A stretch of 63,250 nt of DNA, filler included. It is 8 parts of 8 records of this genome, joined end to end, with 100 filler letters (N's around TTAATTAATTAA, not from the genome) between each part and the next. Parts side by side here need not be neighbours in the genome. Positions count along the whole stretch, not along the records: positions 1 to 18,584 come from SRR31147125_30499; positions 18,685 to 24,218 come from SRR31147125_30796; 6 more parts are not named here. One strand, given 5' to 3'. Position numbers and translations under genes: made by a program. Positions 10,258 through 20,872 of this stretch are shown here, in pieces. Within the stretch, counting starts at the first letter, position 1; each line of letters begins with the position of its first letter. The notes under the pieces are model-generated. The model was given only the letters and a program-made list of their open reading frames with translations, did no database searches and was not told the origin of the DNA.

Positions 10258-11580
10258 TTACATATTGGTGAAAATCTGGAAGCCGCTGTAGGATTCGGTT
10301 CCATGTTCACTGATATCCAGACCGGTCAGTTCTTCTTTTTCATCGACACGCAGACCGGCAATTTTCTTAATCAGCAGGAAGAGGATTCCGGAGGTAACAA
10401 CTACCCATACAAATACTGAAGCAACACCTGTCAGCTGAACCAGTAACTGTTTTGCGCCACCGCCGTAAAACAGACCCTTGATATCATCGGTATTGGCAAA
10501 GAGCCCAACTGCAAGGGTTCCCCAGACACCACAGACTCCGTGTACAGATATAGCACCTACCGGATCGTCTATATGCAGTACTTTATCGATAAATTCTACA
10601 GAATAAACAACCAGGATACCGCCGATCAGGCCGATAATAACTGCACCGATAGGAGATACGACAGCTGTGGGAGCAGTAATCGCTACCAATCCTGCAAGCG
10701 CACCATTGAGAGACATCGAAATATCAGGTTTACCGAAATGTATCCATGAAATGAACATCGCACCGATTGCTCCGGCAGACGCACCCATTGTTGTGGTAAC
10801 GGCTACAGTAGCTATACTGAGATCTGTACCACTGAGGGTTGAACCGCAGTTGAATCCGTACCAGCCGAACCAAAGGATGAAGACACCAAGACTTGCTAAA
10901 GGTATATTGTGGCCTGGTATGGCTTTAACAGTTACTTTCTTACCAACTTTTACATATTTTCCAATTCTGGGACCAAGAATGATGGCGCCCATGAGTGCTG
11001 CCCATCCACCGACTGAGTGAACTACAGTTGAACCGGCAAAATCGTGGAAACCGAGATTTGCAAGCCATCCGCCGCCCCAGATCCAATGACCTGATATAGG
11101 ATAGATAAGACCTGAAATAAAAACCGTATAGATGAGATAAGATGAGAATTTTGTTCGTTCAGCCATGGCTCCCGATACGATAGTAGCTGCGGTTGCCGCA
11201 AAAACTACCTGAAACATCCAATCTCTGAACAGAGTGGAATCAGCTCCGGCAATAAAAAATTGTGATGTGCCGAACAAACCGGCTGCCGATGCACCGTACA
11301 TTAAAGCCCATCCAACGGCCCAGAATATTACTGCACCGGTACAAAAATCCATCAAATTCTTCATAATGATGTTGCTTGCATTCTTTGCTCTAGTAAGCCC
11401 CATCTCCACCATGGCAAATCCTGCCTGCATGAAGAATACCAATACCGCTGCCAGGATCAGCCAGATCATGTCCAGGGATGCGCCATGCAAGGCGACTGTT
11501 TCCGTGACTTCTTCAGCCCACAGAGTCCCGCAACTGATCATGCCGATTACGGCCATTAACACTGCTGTCTTTCTTTTCAT
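10258..11580 (-). CDS. amtB: Ammonium transporter
   Basis: FMQAGFAMVE, DFAGSTVVH, GWYGFN, DDPVGAISVHG; start set at ATG 11580 (GGAG RBS) because the track's 11607 start lies at or upstream of the predicted transcription start. Confidence 0.96.
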   Translation of the reverse strand: MKRKTAVLMAVIGMISCGTLWAEEVTETVALHGASLDMIWLILAAVLVFFMQAGFAMVEMGLTRAKNASNIIMKNLMDFCTGAVIFWAVGWALMYGASAAGLFGTSQFFIAGADSTLFRDWMFQVVFAATAATIVSGAMAERTKFSSYLIYTVFISGLIYPISGHWIWGGGWLANLGFHDFAGSTVVHSVGGWAALMGAIILGPRIGKYVKVGKKVTVKAIPGHNIPLASLGVFILWFGWYGFNCGSTLSGTDLSIATVAVTTTMGASAGAIGAMFISWIHFGKPDISMSLNGALAGLVAITAPTAVVSPIGAVIIGLIGGILVVYSVEFIDKVLHIDDPVGAISVHGVCGVWGTLAVGLFANTDDIKGLFYGGGAKQLLVQLTGVASVFVWVVVTSGILFLLIKKIAGLRVDEKEELTGLDISEHGTESYSGFQIFTNM

Positions 11581-11613
11581 TAGTAGCTCCTGAAATGTAG
11601 TTTGCACCTAGAT

Positions 11614-11630
11614 AGCAAGTTGCGTGCCAA
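11614..11630 (-). promoter_or_regulatory. Sigma54 -24/-12 promoter of amtB-glnK
   Basis: Minus strand TTGGCACGCAACTTGCT, near-perfect consensus. Confidence 0.9.
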
Positions 11631-11877
11631 AATTTTGGTTTTATGCGTGTTATGCATTTTTTTCCAATTAACATAGTATGAGAAGAGAAAGGAACTGATT
11701 TTCACTTTGTAAATACTAAGAAATGATATAACTTGTTATAGTATAAAAATTAAGATGCTGTGTGCCATAGTTTGCATGTTGCTGATATGGTCAAGGATAC
11801 CCATGTTGAGAATTTTTTATAAAGAAAATGTTTTTGGAAAACTGGTTATTGAGTTTATTTGGCAATAACAAACAAAA

Positions 11878-11923
11878 CCTACAAATATGTAACTTTATAC
11901 TGCATAACATACATAAATGTAGG
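11878..11923. promoter_or_regulatory. Paired candidate enhancer sites TACA-N4-TGTA upstream of amtB
   Basis: CCTACAAATATGTA at 11878 and TACATAAATGTAGG at 11910; cores 30 bp apart. Confidence 0.7.
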
Positions 11924-11962
11924 ATATTGCTATACATTATTCGTAATCATAGAGGTGAAATA

Positions 11963-13504
11963 TCATTTAGTTGATTTATATTTTCTGGTATTGATGTGAT
12001 ATTTATCTACTCTTAAACCCATAATTCGTTCTGAAATACCAAGGATTTTGGCTGCTTGGGCACGATTACCCCTTGTGGTTTTCAGTGCATCAGCAATGAT
12101 TTCCTGTTCCAACTCTTCAAGAGCGTGTTGAAGTGAGCTTGAAAACTGAGTATTTGACGATTCAGCAGACTGCAGGCTGGGAGGAAGGTGGTAGCCGTGA
12201 ATTACATCATCACTGCTTAATAAAACAGCACGCTCAATACAATTCTCCAGTTCACGTACATTACCAGGCCAGTGATAACTCATAAACAGATCAATGGCCG
12301 CGCTGGTAATGCGTTTCACGTTACGATGATTTCTTTTGTTGTATTTTTCTATAAAATGATCACATAACAGCATGATATCGCTTTTGCGGTCACGCAGAGG
12401 CGGTATATGAATGGGAAATACATTCAGCCGATAATAGAGATCCTCCCGAAAATTCCCGCTTTTTATCTCGTCTTCAAGATTTCTGTTTGTCGCTGTTATC
12501 AGGCGCACATTGACACGTATGGTTTTCACACCTCCGACCCGCTCGAATTCCTGCTCCTGCAGTACCCGTAGCAGTTTTACCTGCATCTGAGGGGATAATT
12601 CACCAATTTCATCAAGAAACAAAGTCCCTTTGTCAGCAAGTTCAAACCGACCCTTCCGGTCGGCATGAGCACCGGTAAATGCTCCTTTCTGATGTCCAAA
12701 TAATTCACTCTCTATTACACTTTCCGGTAAAGCAGCGCAGTTTACCTTGATAAACGGTTTATCCGCCCTTAGGCTATTGTAATGTATCTCCTGGGCAAAT
12801 AACTCTTTACCAGTTCCGCTTTCACCACGAATCAGAACAGTTGCTTCACTCTTGCAGACCTGACCGATAAGATCGAAAACCTCCTGTATTGACTGAGATC
12901 TTCCGATTATATTGGCAGGCTGAAATCTATCTTTCAATTCGTTAAGCAGGCGATCATTCTCAGCCTGAAGGCGTTCTTTTTCTTCCCGTAATTCCTGCTG
13001 CAGTTTTACGGCACGTGCAATCATGGACGAAATGATTGAAAGCAGACGAACATAGGTTTCCAGGCTGAAATCCAGTTCATTGCTGCATGTGATATTCATT
13101 GTTCCAATTGTCTGATTACCAATTTTTACCGGCACACAAACAAATGCCGCTTTTATACTATCTTTAGGAGGGGCTTTATTTTCTGCTCCGGTTTTATTGA
13201 TGAAGGCAGCATCTTCAGAAATATCAGGAATAATTACCGGTTCTCCTGTTTTTACAACTTGTCCGGTAATACCTTCACCCAGCTGATATCTTCCTCGTTT
13301 TTTCTGATTTTCAGTCAATCCAAAAGCGGATTCAATGAGTATTTCGTCTGTCTCACGATTCAGCAGTGTAATTGCACCCCGCAGCATAGGACTGTGGTAG
13401 GCGATAGCTTCCAGAATTGGAGCAATAATCTGCTGCATATCTTCAGATCGGTCGAGGATTTTACTGATTTCGAACAGCAGTGTCAGCTCGTTCAGGTTTT
13501 CCAT
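11963..13504 (-). CDS. NifA-like GAF-AAA+-Fis HTH sigma54 enhancer-binding protein
   Basis: N-terminal GAF ([13 protein letters not shown]), [33 protein letters not shown]-terminal HTH. Confidence 0.93.
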   Translation of the reverse strand: MENLNELTLLFEISKILDRSEDMQQIIAPILEAIAYHSPMLRGAITLLNRETDEILIESAFGLTENQKKRGRYQLGEGITGQVVKTGEPVIIPDISEDAAFINKTGAENKAPPKDSIKAAFVCVPVKIGNQTIGTMNITCSNELDFSLETYVRLLSIISSMIARAVKLQQELREEKERLQAENDRLLNELKDRFQPANIIGRSQSIQEVFDLIGQVCKSEATVLIRGESGTGKELFAQEIHYNSLRADKPFIKVNCAALPESVIESELFGHQKGAFTGAHADRKGRFELADKGTLFLDEIGELSPQMQVKLLRVLQEQEFERVGGVKTIRVNVRLITATNRNLEDEIKSGNFREDLYYRLNVFPIHIPPLRDRKSDIMLLCDHFIEKYNKRNHRNVKRITSAAIDLFMSYHWPGNVRELENCIERAVLLSSDDVIHGYHLPPSLQSAESSNTQFSSSLQHALEELEQEIIADALKTTRGNRAQAAKILGISERIMGLRVDKYHINTRKYKSTK

Positions 13505-13508
13505 TCCA

Positions 13509-13532
13509 ATATCCTACATTATTGTAGGATAT
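13509..13532. promoter_or_regulatory. Perfect palindrome over the regulator's RBS, candidate autoregulatory site
   Basis: ATATCCTACA-TTAT-TGTAGGATAT, 4 nt upstream of the ATG; contains the TACA-N4-TGTA core. Confidence 0.7.
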
Positions 13533-13682
13533 AACTCAAGTTTTATTTATCTGCATAATACTGCATAATTCTGCACTGTAAAATTATGCACGCGGTCAGT
13601 AAAATTCTACACTGCATAATTCTACAGGTGGCTTGTACATTTTGCTTAATTTCAGATCAGCTGCTTATCATGCACAGAGAAA

Positions 13683-14177
13683 TCAAACTATTTCAAAAAC
13701 ACCTCGCTGACGATTTTTCCTGACTTTATTCCAGTTGAAAATACGTCCATTCATGCAGATATAGACTCCCGATGCAAGTGACTGGGCTGCAGATATTGAT
13801 GCTCCAAGATTGAAAATTGCATCGGTATTGCGAATTGAATAGGGAACCATGGCTCCGGTAAGAATAATTGTCTTATCGGTTATCCTGGAACCGAGCAGTT
13901 CTGCCGTCTGTACCATGGTATCGGTACCGTGGATTATTACTATGGTCTCTTCAGGCGAAGCAATACAGGATTCCAGAATTTTCATCCTGTCGGAATCATT
14001 CATATCCAGACTGTCTTTCAATTGGTTAATTTCGATTTCCATATCAAGCGTGCAGCGAACATATGTTAGAATTTCCGGGAGATGCGTTGTAGTAAAAGTT
14101 AACGCGCCATTCAGCTCATCATACTCTTTATCGAATGTCCCGCCGGTAATAATTAATCGGATCTCTTTTTTTGCCAT
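13683..14177 (-). CDS. Short asparaginase-family protein (N-terminal domain only)
   Basis: IITGGTFDK, KDSLDM, IIHGTDTM, ILTGAMVP; 164 aa. Confidence 0.85.
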   Translation of the reverse strand: MAKKEIRLIITGGTFDKEYDELNGALTFTTTHLPEILTYVRCTLDMEIEINQLKDSLDMNDSDRMKILESCIASPEETIVIIHGTDTMVQTAELLGSRITDKTIILTGAMVPYSIRNTDAIFNLGASISAAQSLASGVYICMNGRIFNWNKVRKNRQRGVFEIV

Positions 14178-14193
14178 AAATCAGTTTACCCGG

Positions 14194-16206
14194 TTATTTT
14201 GACTTGTCAAACATTGCACGCATATTGGCAAAAAATTCTGCAGCCGTTTCCTCTTCTGTTTTCCCTTCAGGCAGTTCATTTGAGTAAATACCTTTAGGGA
14301 GTTCAGACAGAAAGCGGGAAGGAACAGGTTCGATTACCTCACGCATAACGGTCCTGGAAGTGCAGCAGGTCATGAAAAGGTTCACCATGGCCCTGGTGAT
14401 AGCTACATAGAAAAGTCGCCGCTCTTCTTCAATATTATCCATATTTTCTTCAATTGAGCGTTTATGGGGGATGATATGGTCTTCTACACCCGCCAAGAAA
14501 ACCGTGTGAAATTCCAGACCTTTCGCCGCATGAATCGTCATGAGGTTTACTTTCCCCCGTTCCTGATCGGGTTCAGTTTTCCCTTTTAAGCTGATAGAGT
14601 TCAAGAAATCAAATAATGACCGGTTGGAGAAATTGTCCGGATCCTGTTCCCAATCCTTAATTATATTGATGAACAGAATTATATTATCAAGCTTCCAGCG
14701 CATAAGACGCTCATTGTCGGGATGTTCGGTTATCAGATGACTTTTGTAATTAATTTCACCAACCAAAGTTTCCACAACACTACTTATGTTGTTTTTGTTG
14801 CGGAAAAGATCTTCCCTGAAGAGCTCCATCTTTTCCATGAAATCCGTAACGTTGATACGCAGGTGCTCTTTTACCGGAATCTCATCAGTTTGAGCTATCA
14901 GATTCATAACGGAATAGAGGCTGCATTTTTTCGTTTCAGCAGTTGACCGCAGTAGTTGGAGGGATGTTTTACCGATTCCGCGGCGCGGTGTATTGATTAT
15001 ACGAAGCAGAGACATATCGTCATCCGGATTTGCCAGAACACGCAAATAGGAAATTATATCCTTTATCTCTTTTCGTTGAAAAAAGCTTTGTCCTCCCGAT
15101 ACTTTATAGGGAATATTTGCAGCCAGGCAGGCTCTTTCCAATTGTGTAAGCAGTCCGTTCGTGCGCACAAGAATACCAAATTGGTCATAACGCAGTGACT
15201 GGCGTGTTAATACTTCCCGAATTTTCTCGGTAATGAATTCGGCTTCTTCAAGTTCATCTGCAGGGTGAGTAAGGGAAATGACACCTTTTGATTCTTCGTC
15301 ACCAGTCCATAACCGTTTCTTTTTACGTTTGCGATTATGAGTAATGAGAGTGTTTGCCGCGTTTAGAATAGTACCGGTTGATCGATAGTTCTGTTCCAGT
15401 TTGATTTCGATACATTCCGGGAAATCTCTTTCGAAATTAGCGATATTCCGGTAGTCGGCTCCGCGCCAGGAATAGATAGACTGATCATCATCTCCAACTA
15501 CACAAATATTACGATGCTTTTCAGCCAACAGCTGAATAAGCTGATACTGCTGCATAGAGGTATCCTGAAACTCATCTACCAGAATATTGGTGAAACGTTC
15601 ACGGTACTTTTCCAGAATTTCGGGATATTCATGAAATAGATTGAGCGGCTGTACAATCAAATCGTCAAAATCAACAGCGTTATATAATTTCAGATGGGAA
15701 ATGTATTCATGGTAAATTGGTTTAAACTGCGCTGTATCCGAAGTAAAAGATTTTCTTCCTGTTTTAATATCTGAAAAAAGCATACTGAGAGAGTAAAGAT
15801 CCACACTTTTAACATCTATTTTCAGCTCCTGCAGAGAGGTTTTGATCATTGCCAATGCATCTGCCTGATCGTAAATGGTGAAATTCTGCTGATATCCTAT
15901 TTTTTCACCCTCCTTGCGCAAAACAGAAAGACCGAAGGCATGAAAAGTTGATGTTGTCAGTTTGGTTAATTTCTTTCCGGTAATCGTGTGAATACGTTCA
16001 CTCATTTCACCGGCTGCTTTATTGGTAAAAGTCAGTGCCAGAATATTTGATTGGGGAATTCCCTGTTCAAGCATATAGGCTATTCTGTAGGTGATCATAC
16101 GGGTTTTACCGGAACCGGCTCCGGCGATTATCAATATTGGACCATCCAGGGTGCCTGCCGCTTTGGCTTGCTCAGTGTTCAGAACTTGGGTTAGTTGTAA
16201 TGACAT
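14194..16206 (-). CDS. UvrD/Rep/PcrA family SF1A helicase
   Basis: AGAGSGKT, TFTNKAA, LVDEFQDT, VGDDDQSIY, QNYRST, TIHAAKGLEF, EEERRLFYVAITRA. Confidence 0.95.
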   Translation of the reverse strand: MSLQLTQVLNTEQAKAAGTLDGPILIIAGAGSGKTRMITYRIAYMLEQGIPQSNILALTFTNKAAGEMSERIHTITGKKLTKLTTSTFHAFGLSVLRKEGEKIGYQQNFTIYDQADALAMIKTSLQELKIDVKSVDLYSLSMLFSDIKTGRKSFTSDTAQFKPIYHEYISHLKLYNAVDFDDLIVQPLNLFHEYPEILEKYRERFTNILVDEFQDTSMQQYQLIQLLAEKHRNICVVGDDDQSIYSWRGADYRNIANFERDFPECIEIKLEQNYRSTGTILNAANTLITHNRKRKKKRLWTGDEESKGVISLTHPADELEEAEFITEKIREVLTRQSLRYDQFGILVRTNGLLTQLERACLAANIPYKVSGGQSFFQRKEIKDIISYLRVLANPDDDMSLLRIINTPRRGIGKTSLQLLRSTAETKKCSLYSVMNLIAQTDEIPVKEHLRINVTDFMEKMELFREDLFRNKNNISSVVETLVGEINYKSHLITEHPDNERLMRWKLDNIILFINIIKDWEQDPDNFSNRSLFDFLNSISLKGKTEPDQERGKVNLMTIHAAKGLEFHTVFLAGVEDHIIPHKRSIEENMDNIEEERRLFYVAITRAMVNLFMTCCTSRTVMREVIEPVPSRFLSELPKGIYSNELPEGKTEEETAAEFFANMRAMFDKSK

Positions 16207-16268
16207 ATGTAGTACTCCTGCTCAATTCCTCAAGTTTTCGTTGGGTTTGTATGTTGTCAGATGATAAG

Positions 16269-16754
16269 CTATTCACCAATTATCTTTATAAAAACAGAAT
16301 AAAAACTTTCTCCCGCGAGTAAAATAAGGCTGACTATAATTCCCGCAATGCAGACACCGCCGAGTACAGCAAGAGCACTCTTTTTTTTGTTCAAACCAAG
16401 AATCCATGCCCCCAGAGTACCGGTATATGCACCAGTAATGGGTAATGGAATAGATACAAAAAACAGCAGCCCCCAATAACCATATTTTCTGATTTTTGGT
16501 TCTATTCGATTTCTTGCACGCAAAACGGATGCATCGAATATTTTTCTATAAAAATTCCACCTGTAGAAAGCTGTATGCAGAGTTGTGAGGAAGAAAAATC
16601 CCAATGGGGCAACCAGTGCATTTGCCGAAACAGTTATAAGGTATGCCAGCCAGAGGGGAACATCATGTAAATAAGCGTGAGGAAGTGCTCCCCGTAATTC
16701 AAAAATCGGGATAAAAGTGAAAAGAATCGTATACAGAATTATATGAAATGACAT
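16269..16754 (-). CDS. Small multi-drug export family (COG2426-like) membrane protein
   Basis: PIFELRGALP and FVSIPLPITGAYTG motifs, four hydrophobic segments. Confidence 0.85.
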   Translation of the reverse strand: MSFHIILYTILFTFIPIFELRGALPHAYLHDVPLWLAYLITVSANALVAPLGFFFLTTLHTAFYRWNFYRKIFDASVLRARNRIEPKIRKYGYWGLLFFVSIPLPITGAYTGTLGAWILGLNKKKSALAVLGGVCIAGIIVSLILLAGESFYSVFIKIIGE

Positions 16755-16851
16755 CTATCTACGCTCCTTGCTGCTATTGCGATTATATAAGAAATTCATT
16801 GATTACCATTAACTGACATCAACTTCATAATTAGCAATATGTACTATACCA

Positions 16852-18006
16852 CTATTCCAGATTAATTGCATCATGAGGACATACCTCATGACAGCAGTAA
16901 CACCGGATACATTTGTTGTAGTTAACTGCTATTCCACCAATATCTTCATGCTTTAATTTCAAGTCAGTCTTTAATTTCAAGGCGTTATTTGGACAGATTT
17001 GAATACACATTCCGCACATAATACATTTTGCATCATCAAATACCGGTTTTGGGGCATTGTTGTGGTATCTTTTTCTGCCTTTCAGGAAAAATAGAGCCGT
17101 CTTAAAAAGGCTTGGCTCCTCTTCAACAGATATACGGGTAAAATCCTTTATTACGCAGTTGTCTGGATGAAGCAGTGGAAAAGATATTCTGTTTAATGCA
17201 ATTCCCGTAATATGATTATTTGAAAGAGCCTGCTGAAATAGCGGAAGATGAGACGGGTTGTAGCCCATGATATGCGCGGCAGCGATATCAAGATTAATTG
17301 CTGAGGATGATGCCAGGATCAATCCTGCCTTTATAGGGTATCCATTATTCGGTCCAGGACCTTCCATGGCTGTTATAGCATCCATTATGCTGAAAACCGG
17401 AGGAAGTCCGTAGAATAGGTCAAGCAGCATAGCGCTGAACTTGCGTCTGTCTGGATATTTTACATGATACGGCCCCTTATGCAGACCTGGGATAACACCA
17501 AACATATTTTTTACCGCACCAGTCATGTAGAGTAATTGGTGTGTCTTCATTTTTGGAAGCGATATGATCAAATCAGCTTCTACGACAGCTTTTGCCACTA
17601 AGAACTTTTGCTGTGTGTGGAATAACCCTGCGCGTGCTTTTGAAACAGAAATGCCGGTATTTTCTTGGGAAAAGTCTACCCATTCGACACCTGATTGCTC
17701 ACAAACTGCACGTATGCCGCTTTTTCGTGCGTTGAAGGATGGTCGGTGCAGAGGAGGAGAGTCTCCAACCTGTACATGTCCGCCTCCTTCCAGTACCATC
17801 CGAATCACTGCTCTTAATACTTCCGGATGCGTGGTGATGGCCCGCTCAGGTTCTGTATCGGCAAGGATATTCGGTTTTATAAGTACGTGTTTGTCACGGA
17901 CATCGGGAAATCCAGCAGCAGAGCACACTTTTTTCACACTGCTGTATACGAGTTCAGAAGAGTAATCGGTACATTTTTCAATTGCAACAGCAGTATTTTT
18001 TTCCAT
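16852..18006 (-). CDS. DUF362 protein with C-terminal 2x[4Fe-4S] domain
   Basis: LIKPN, TTHPEV, PKMKTH, GAVKNMFG, MEGPGP; CIMCGMCIQICP and CIRCYCCHEVCP. Confidence 0.88.
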   Translation of the reverse strand: MEKNTAVAIEKCTDYSSELVYSSVKKVCSAAGFPDVRDKHVLIKPNILADTEPERAITTHPEVLRAVIRMVLEGGGHVQVGDSPPLHRPSFNARKSGIRAVCEQSGVEWVDFSQENTGISVSKARAGLFHTQQKFLVAKAVVEADLIISLPKMKTHQLLYMTGAVKNMFGVIPGLHKGPYHVKYPDRRKFSAMLLDLFYGLPPVFSIMDAITAMEGPGPNNGYPIKAGLILASSSAINLDIAAAHIMGYNPSHLPLFQQALSNNHITGIALNRISFPLLHPDNCVIKDFTRISVEEEPSLFKTALFFLKGRKRYHNNAPKPVFDDAKCIMCGMCIQICPNNALKLKTDLKLKHEDIGGIAVNYNKCIRCYCCHEVCPHDAINLE

Positions 18007-18121
18007 GTCTATGTAAACTAACGTAATATGAGAATTTTGTCAGTATACTTGACTTTTTCATTCACGGCATCCTAGTCTTGGAACAGAGTACATTCCAGGG
18101 ACAACATACTAGGGACAGAGC

Positions 18122-18584
18122 ATGAAAACAAAAGAGTATAAACGAGTGAAAGCCGTAATTTTTGATATGGACGGCACCCTGCTGGATACTATGCCGGATA
18201 TAGTCCGGTCTTTTAACGCGGTATTTGCCGATTATGGCTATCCGCAATATACAGTTGAGAATTTTTCAAAATTTGTTGGATCAGGATTGCGCAACGCGAT
18301 GATTCGCTCATTACCGGTCGGTGCAGGCTGCAATGATGATCAGCTGAATGAGATGTTGACGCAATTATTGAGAGTGTATGCCGAAAATCCAGTCGGATTG
18401 ACAAAACCATATGAGGGTATAGGTAACATGCTGGAAACACTTTTGGAATCTGGTATTGCACTTTCTGTATTGTCAAATAAAGATCACGCATTAACCGTTC
18501 CCATTATACATCACTTTTTCCCCCATATCCCGTTTGCTGGAATATTGGGGAAATCGGAGCATTTCCCTCTGAAACCCGCTCCGG
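18122..18584 (+). CDS. HAD-family phosphatase (phosphoglycolate phosphatase-like), 3'-truncated by the contig end
   Basis: IFDMDGTLLDT, LSNK, KPAP. Confidence 0.88.
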
Positions 18585-18684
18585 NNNNNNNNNNNNNNNN
18601 NNNNNNNNNNNNNNNNNNNNNNNNNNNNTTAATTAATTAANNNNNNNNNNNNNNNNNNNNNNNNNNNNNNNNNNNNNNNNNNNN
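18585..18684. other. Artificial contig spacer
   Basis: N44-TTAATTAATTAA-N44 linker. Confidence 0.99.
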
Positions 18685-18711
18685 CGGGGACGGATTTGAA
18701 ATCCGTCCCCG
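18685..18711. repeat. REP-like palindrome at the contig start
   Basis: CGGGGACGGATTT-G-AAATCCGTCCCCG. Confidence 0.6.
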
Positions 18712-18817
18712 TTTTCCCTCGTTTAACCGGCGTTTAAATAAAAATTCAGATTAGGTTAAACCGTATTCCCCCAGTCGAATAGGAATATCGGAAGAACAGT
18801 GGAGAAAAGCATCAACT

Positions 18818-19914
18818 ATGAAAGAAAGCGTGTTGGTCACCGGAGGTGGGGATTTCTTGGAAAAGCCATCGTGAGACGGCTTGTGGAACGGGGAGATGAG
18901 GTTTACAGCTTTTCACGGAGATTTTATGATGAGCTTACAGATATGGGCGTCATTCAAAAAAGCGGCAGCTTGACCGATCTCCCGGCCGTAGAAGATGCGT
19001 GTAAAGGGATGGACGTGGTCTATCATACGGCTGCCAAAGCCGGTGTCTCCGGAACGTGGGATGCATACTACGACACCAACGTCATCGGTACGGAGAACAT
19101 TCTACAAGCCTGCATCCGCCACAGGGTTGACCGGCTCATCTATACGAGTTCGCCCAGTGTCATTTTCGATGGGAGTGACATGGAAGGCGTGGATGAATCC
19201 GTTCCCTATCCCTCATCTTATCATGCCCCATACCCGGAAACCAAAGCAATGGCGGAAAAGAAAGTCATTGAGACGACCACGTACCATAAAAATCATCCGT
19301 ACCATCACAACACCCCATCGAATGACAGACCATCCAATCAACCTGAACAATCCGACCAACGGAATGCCTCTTCCCACGCCACTGATCTCAAAAGTATCTC
19401 TTTACGGCCCCACTTGATTTGGGGGCCGGAAGACAATCATCTACTCCCCGGAATCGTAAAAAGAGCAAAAAGACTGAAGCGCATAGGAAACGGAAATAAT
19501 CGCGTCGACACCATCTATATCGACAATGCCGCCGATGCCCACCTGCAGGCAGCCGATGCGTTGAAAAACAATCCGGAACTATCAGGTAGTGTCTATTTCA
19601 TCAGCCAGGATGATCCCATTTCTCTGTGGGAGATGGTGGATGCCATGCTGAATTGTGCAGGGTTTCCTGCGGTTCAAGGAAGTGTTTCATCGGGAGTGGC
19701 TGAGGTGAGCGGTTGGGTGATCGAGTCGCTTTATCGTACACTAAATATCAAAAAAGAACCTCCCATGACCCGATTCATGGCAAAGGAGCTGGCAACATCC
19801 CACTGGTTTGATATTTCAAGGGCCAAAAGAGATCTGGGATATACACCAACGGTGTCAACAAAAGAGGGGCTGAACAATTTAAAGCAATGGCTTCAATCCC
19901 ACCCTTTGAATTAA
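18818..19914 (+). CDS. Extended SDR, 3-beta-HSD/OleD-like reductase; frameshift in a G run near 18850
   Basis: ATG 18818 gives MKESVLVTGGG, continuing as FLG after restoring one G; HTAAKAG, YTSSPSV, YPETK, LRPHLIWGPED. Confidence 0.85.
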
Positions 19915-19989
19915 AGGGTCACTTGATTGATATCTACGGATACTACGGGAGGCTTCCACTCCCCGCCAAAAGCAAAAAACAGTCCAATA

Positions 19990-20868
19990 TCAGTCCAGTG
20001 TAATATCAAAAAATTCCTTGATCTGTTCCTGTTTGTACCGAAGTTGATCCAGAATCATTTTCAGCACCACTTGACTGATTCCCACCTTCTGAATGGAATT
20101 CTTGATGGTTACCGGAACCGGATTTCCGCTGTGTCCGATATGGGCCTTATGGCAGAGATAATCGGCTATATTGAGGATAACGGCAGCATCTCTATGGGCC
20201 GGAGACGCCGCAGAAGGGTTATGATGATACCTGCTGGGATAGAGAATGGCGTCCGGAAAATTCCATCGTTTCATCAATAACCCCGACAAAACGGCATGAT
20301 CCAGTTCAAAAACCTGCCGCTCCACTCGAAAGAGCGGCTTTTGTTGTTCCATGGCCATTGCCCGCACCTGGCGATACTCATCTTTGAAATAGACCGACAA
20401 AATCATCTTCCCCATATCGTGCAGCAGCCCCGGAATGAAGATTTTTCCTGAAATTTCCGGATGAATCCGGGCGGCGATCTCCTTGGCAGCGGTCGCACAC
20501 CCGATACAGTGGAGCCAGAGTGCTTTGATATCAAGGCTCAAGCCGGAGTCCGCCTTACTCAACACAGACAGGACATTCATGCCGAGTGAGATCCCCATGA
20601 TCTCATCAAACCCGATCACAACAATCGCCCGTTTGACGGAATCCACTTCAGTACGCTGGCCATAGTACATGGAGTTTGACAATTTAAGCAGTTTGTTTGT
20701 CATTCCCTGGTCATAATTGATGATATCGGCCAATTCGTCAGTTGTCGTGGCATCGTCCGATGCGGCATCAATAATCTTGTTCACCACAAAAGGAAGAGAC
20801 GGCAACTCGGTATCATTTCTTTGGATCAGCCGAATCATTTTCTGCTGCACATTCAGTGGGGCACCCAT
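19990..20868 (-). CDS. HDOD domain protein
   Basis: LPSLP, DQGMTNKLLKLSNS, LWLH, GLLHDMGK, DHAVLSG..MKRWNFP, YHH. Confidence 0.9.
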   Translation of the reverse strand: MGAPLNVQQKMIRLIQRNDTELPSLPFVVNKIIDAASDDATTTDELADIINYDQGMTNKLLKLSNSMYYGQRTEVDSVKRAIVVIGFDEIMGISLGMNVLSVLSKADSGLSLDIKALWLHCIGCATAAKEIAARIHPEISGKIFIPGLLHDMGKMILSVYFKDEYRQVRAMAMEQQKPLFRVERQVFELDHAVLSGLLMKRWNFPDAILYPSRYHHNPSAASPAHRDAAVILNIADYLCHKAHIGHSGNPVPVTIKNSIQKVGISQVVLKMILDQLRYKQEQIKEFFDITLD

Positions 20869-20872
20869 TTAG

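Noticed and set aside
11963-13504. Calling the bEBP nifA and inferring nitrogen fixation
   Set aside because: No nif genes on the contig, and the associated motif differs from TGT-N10-ACA
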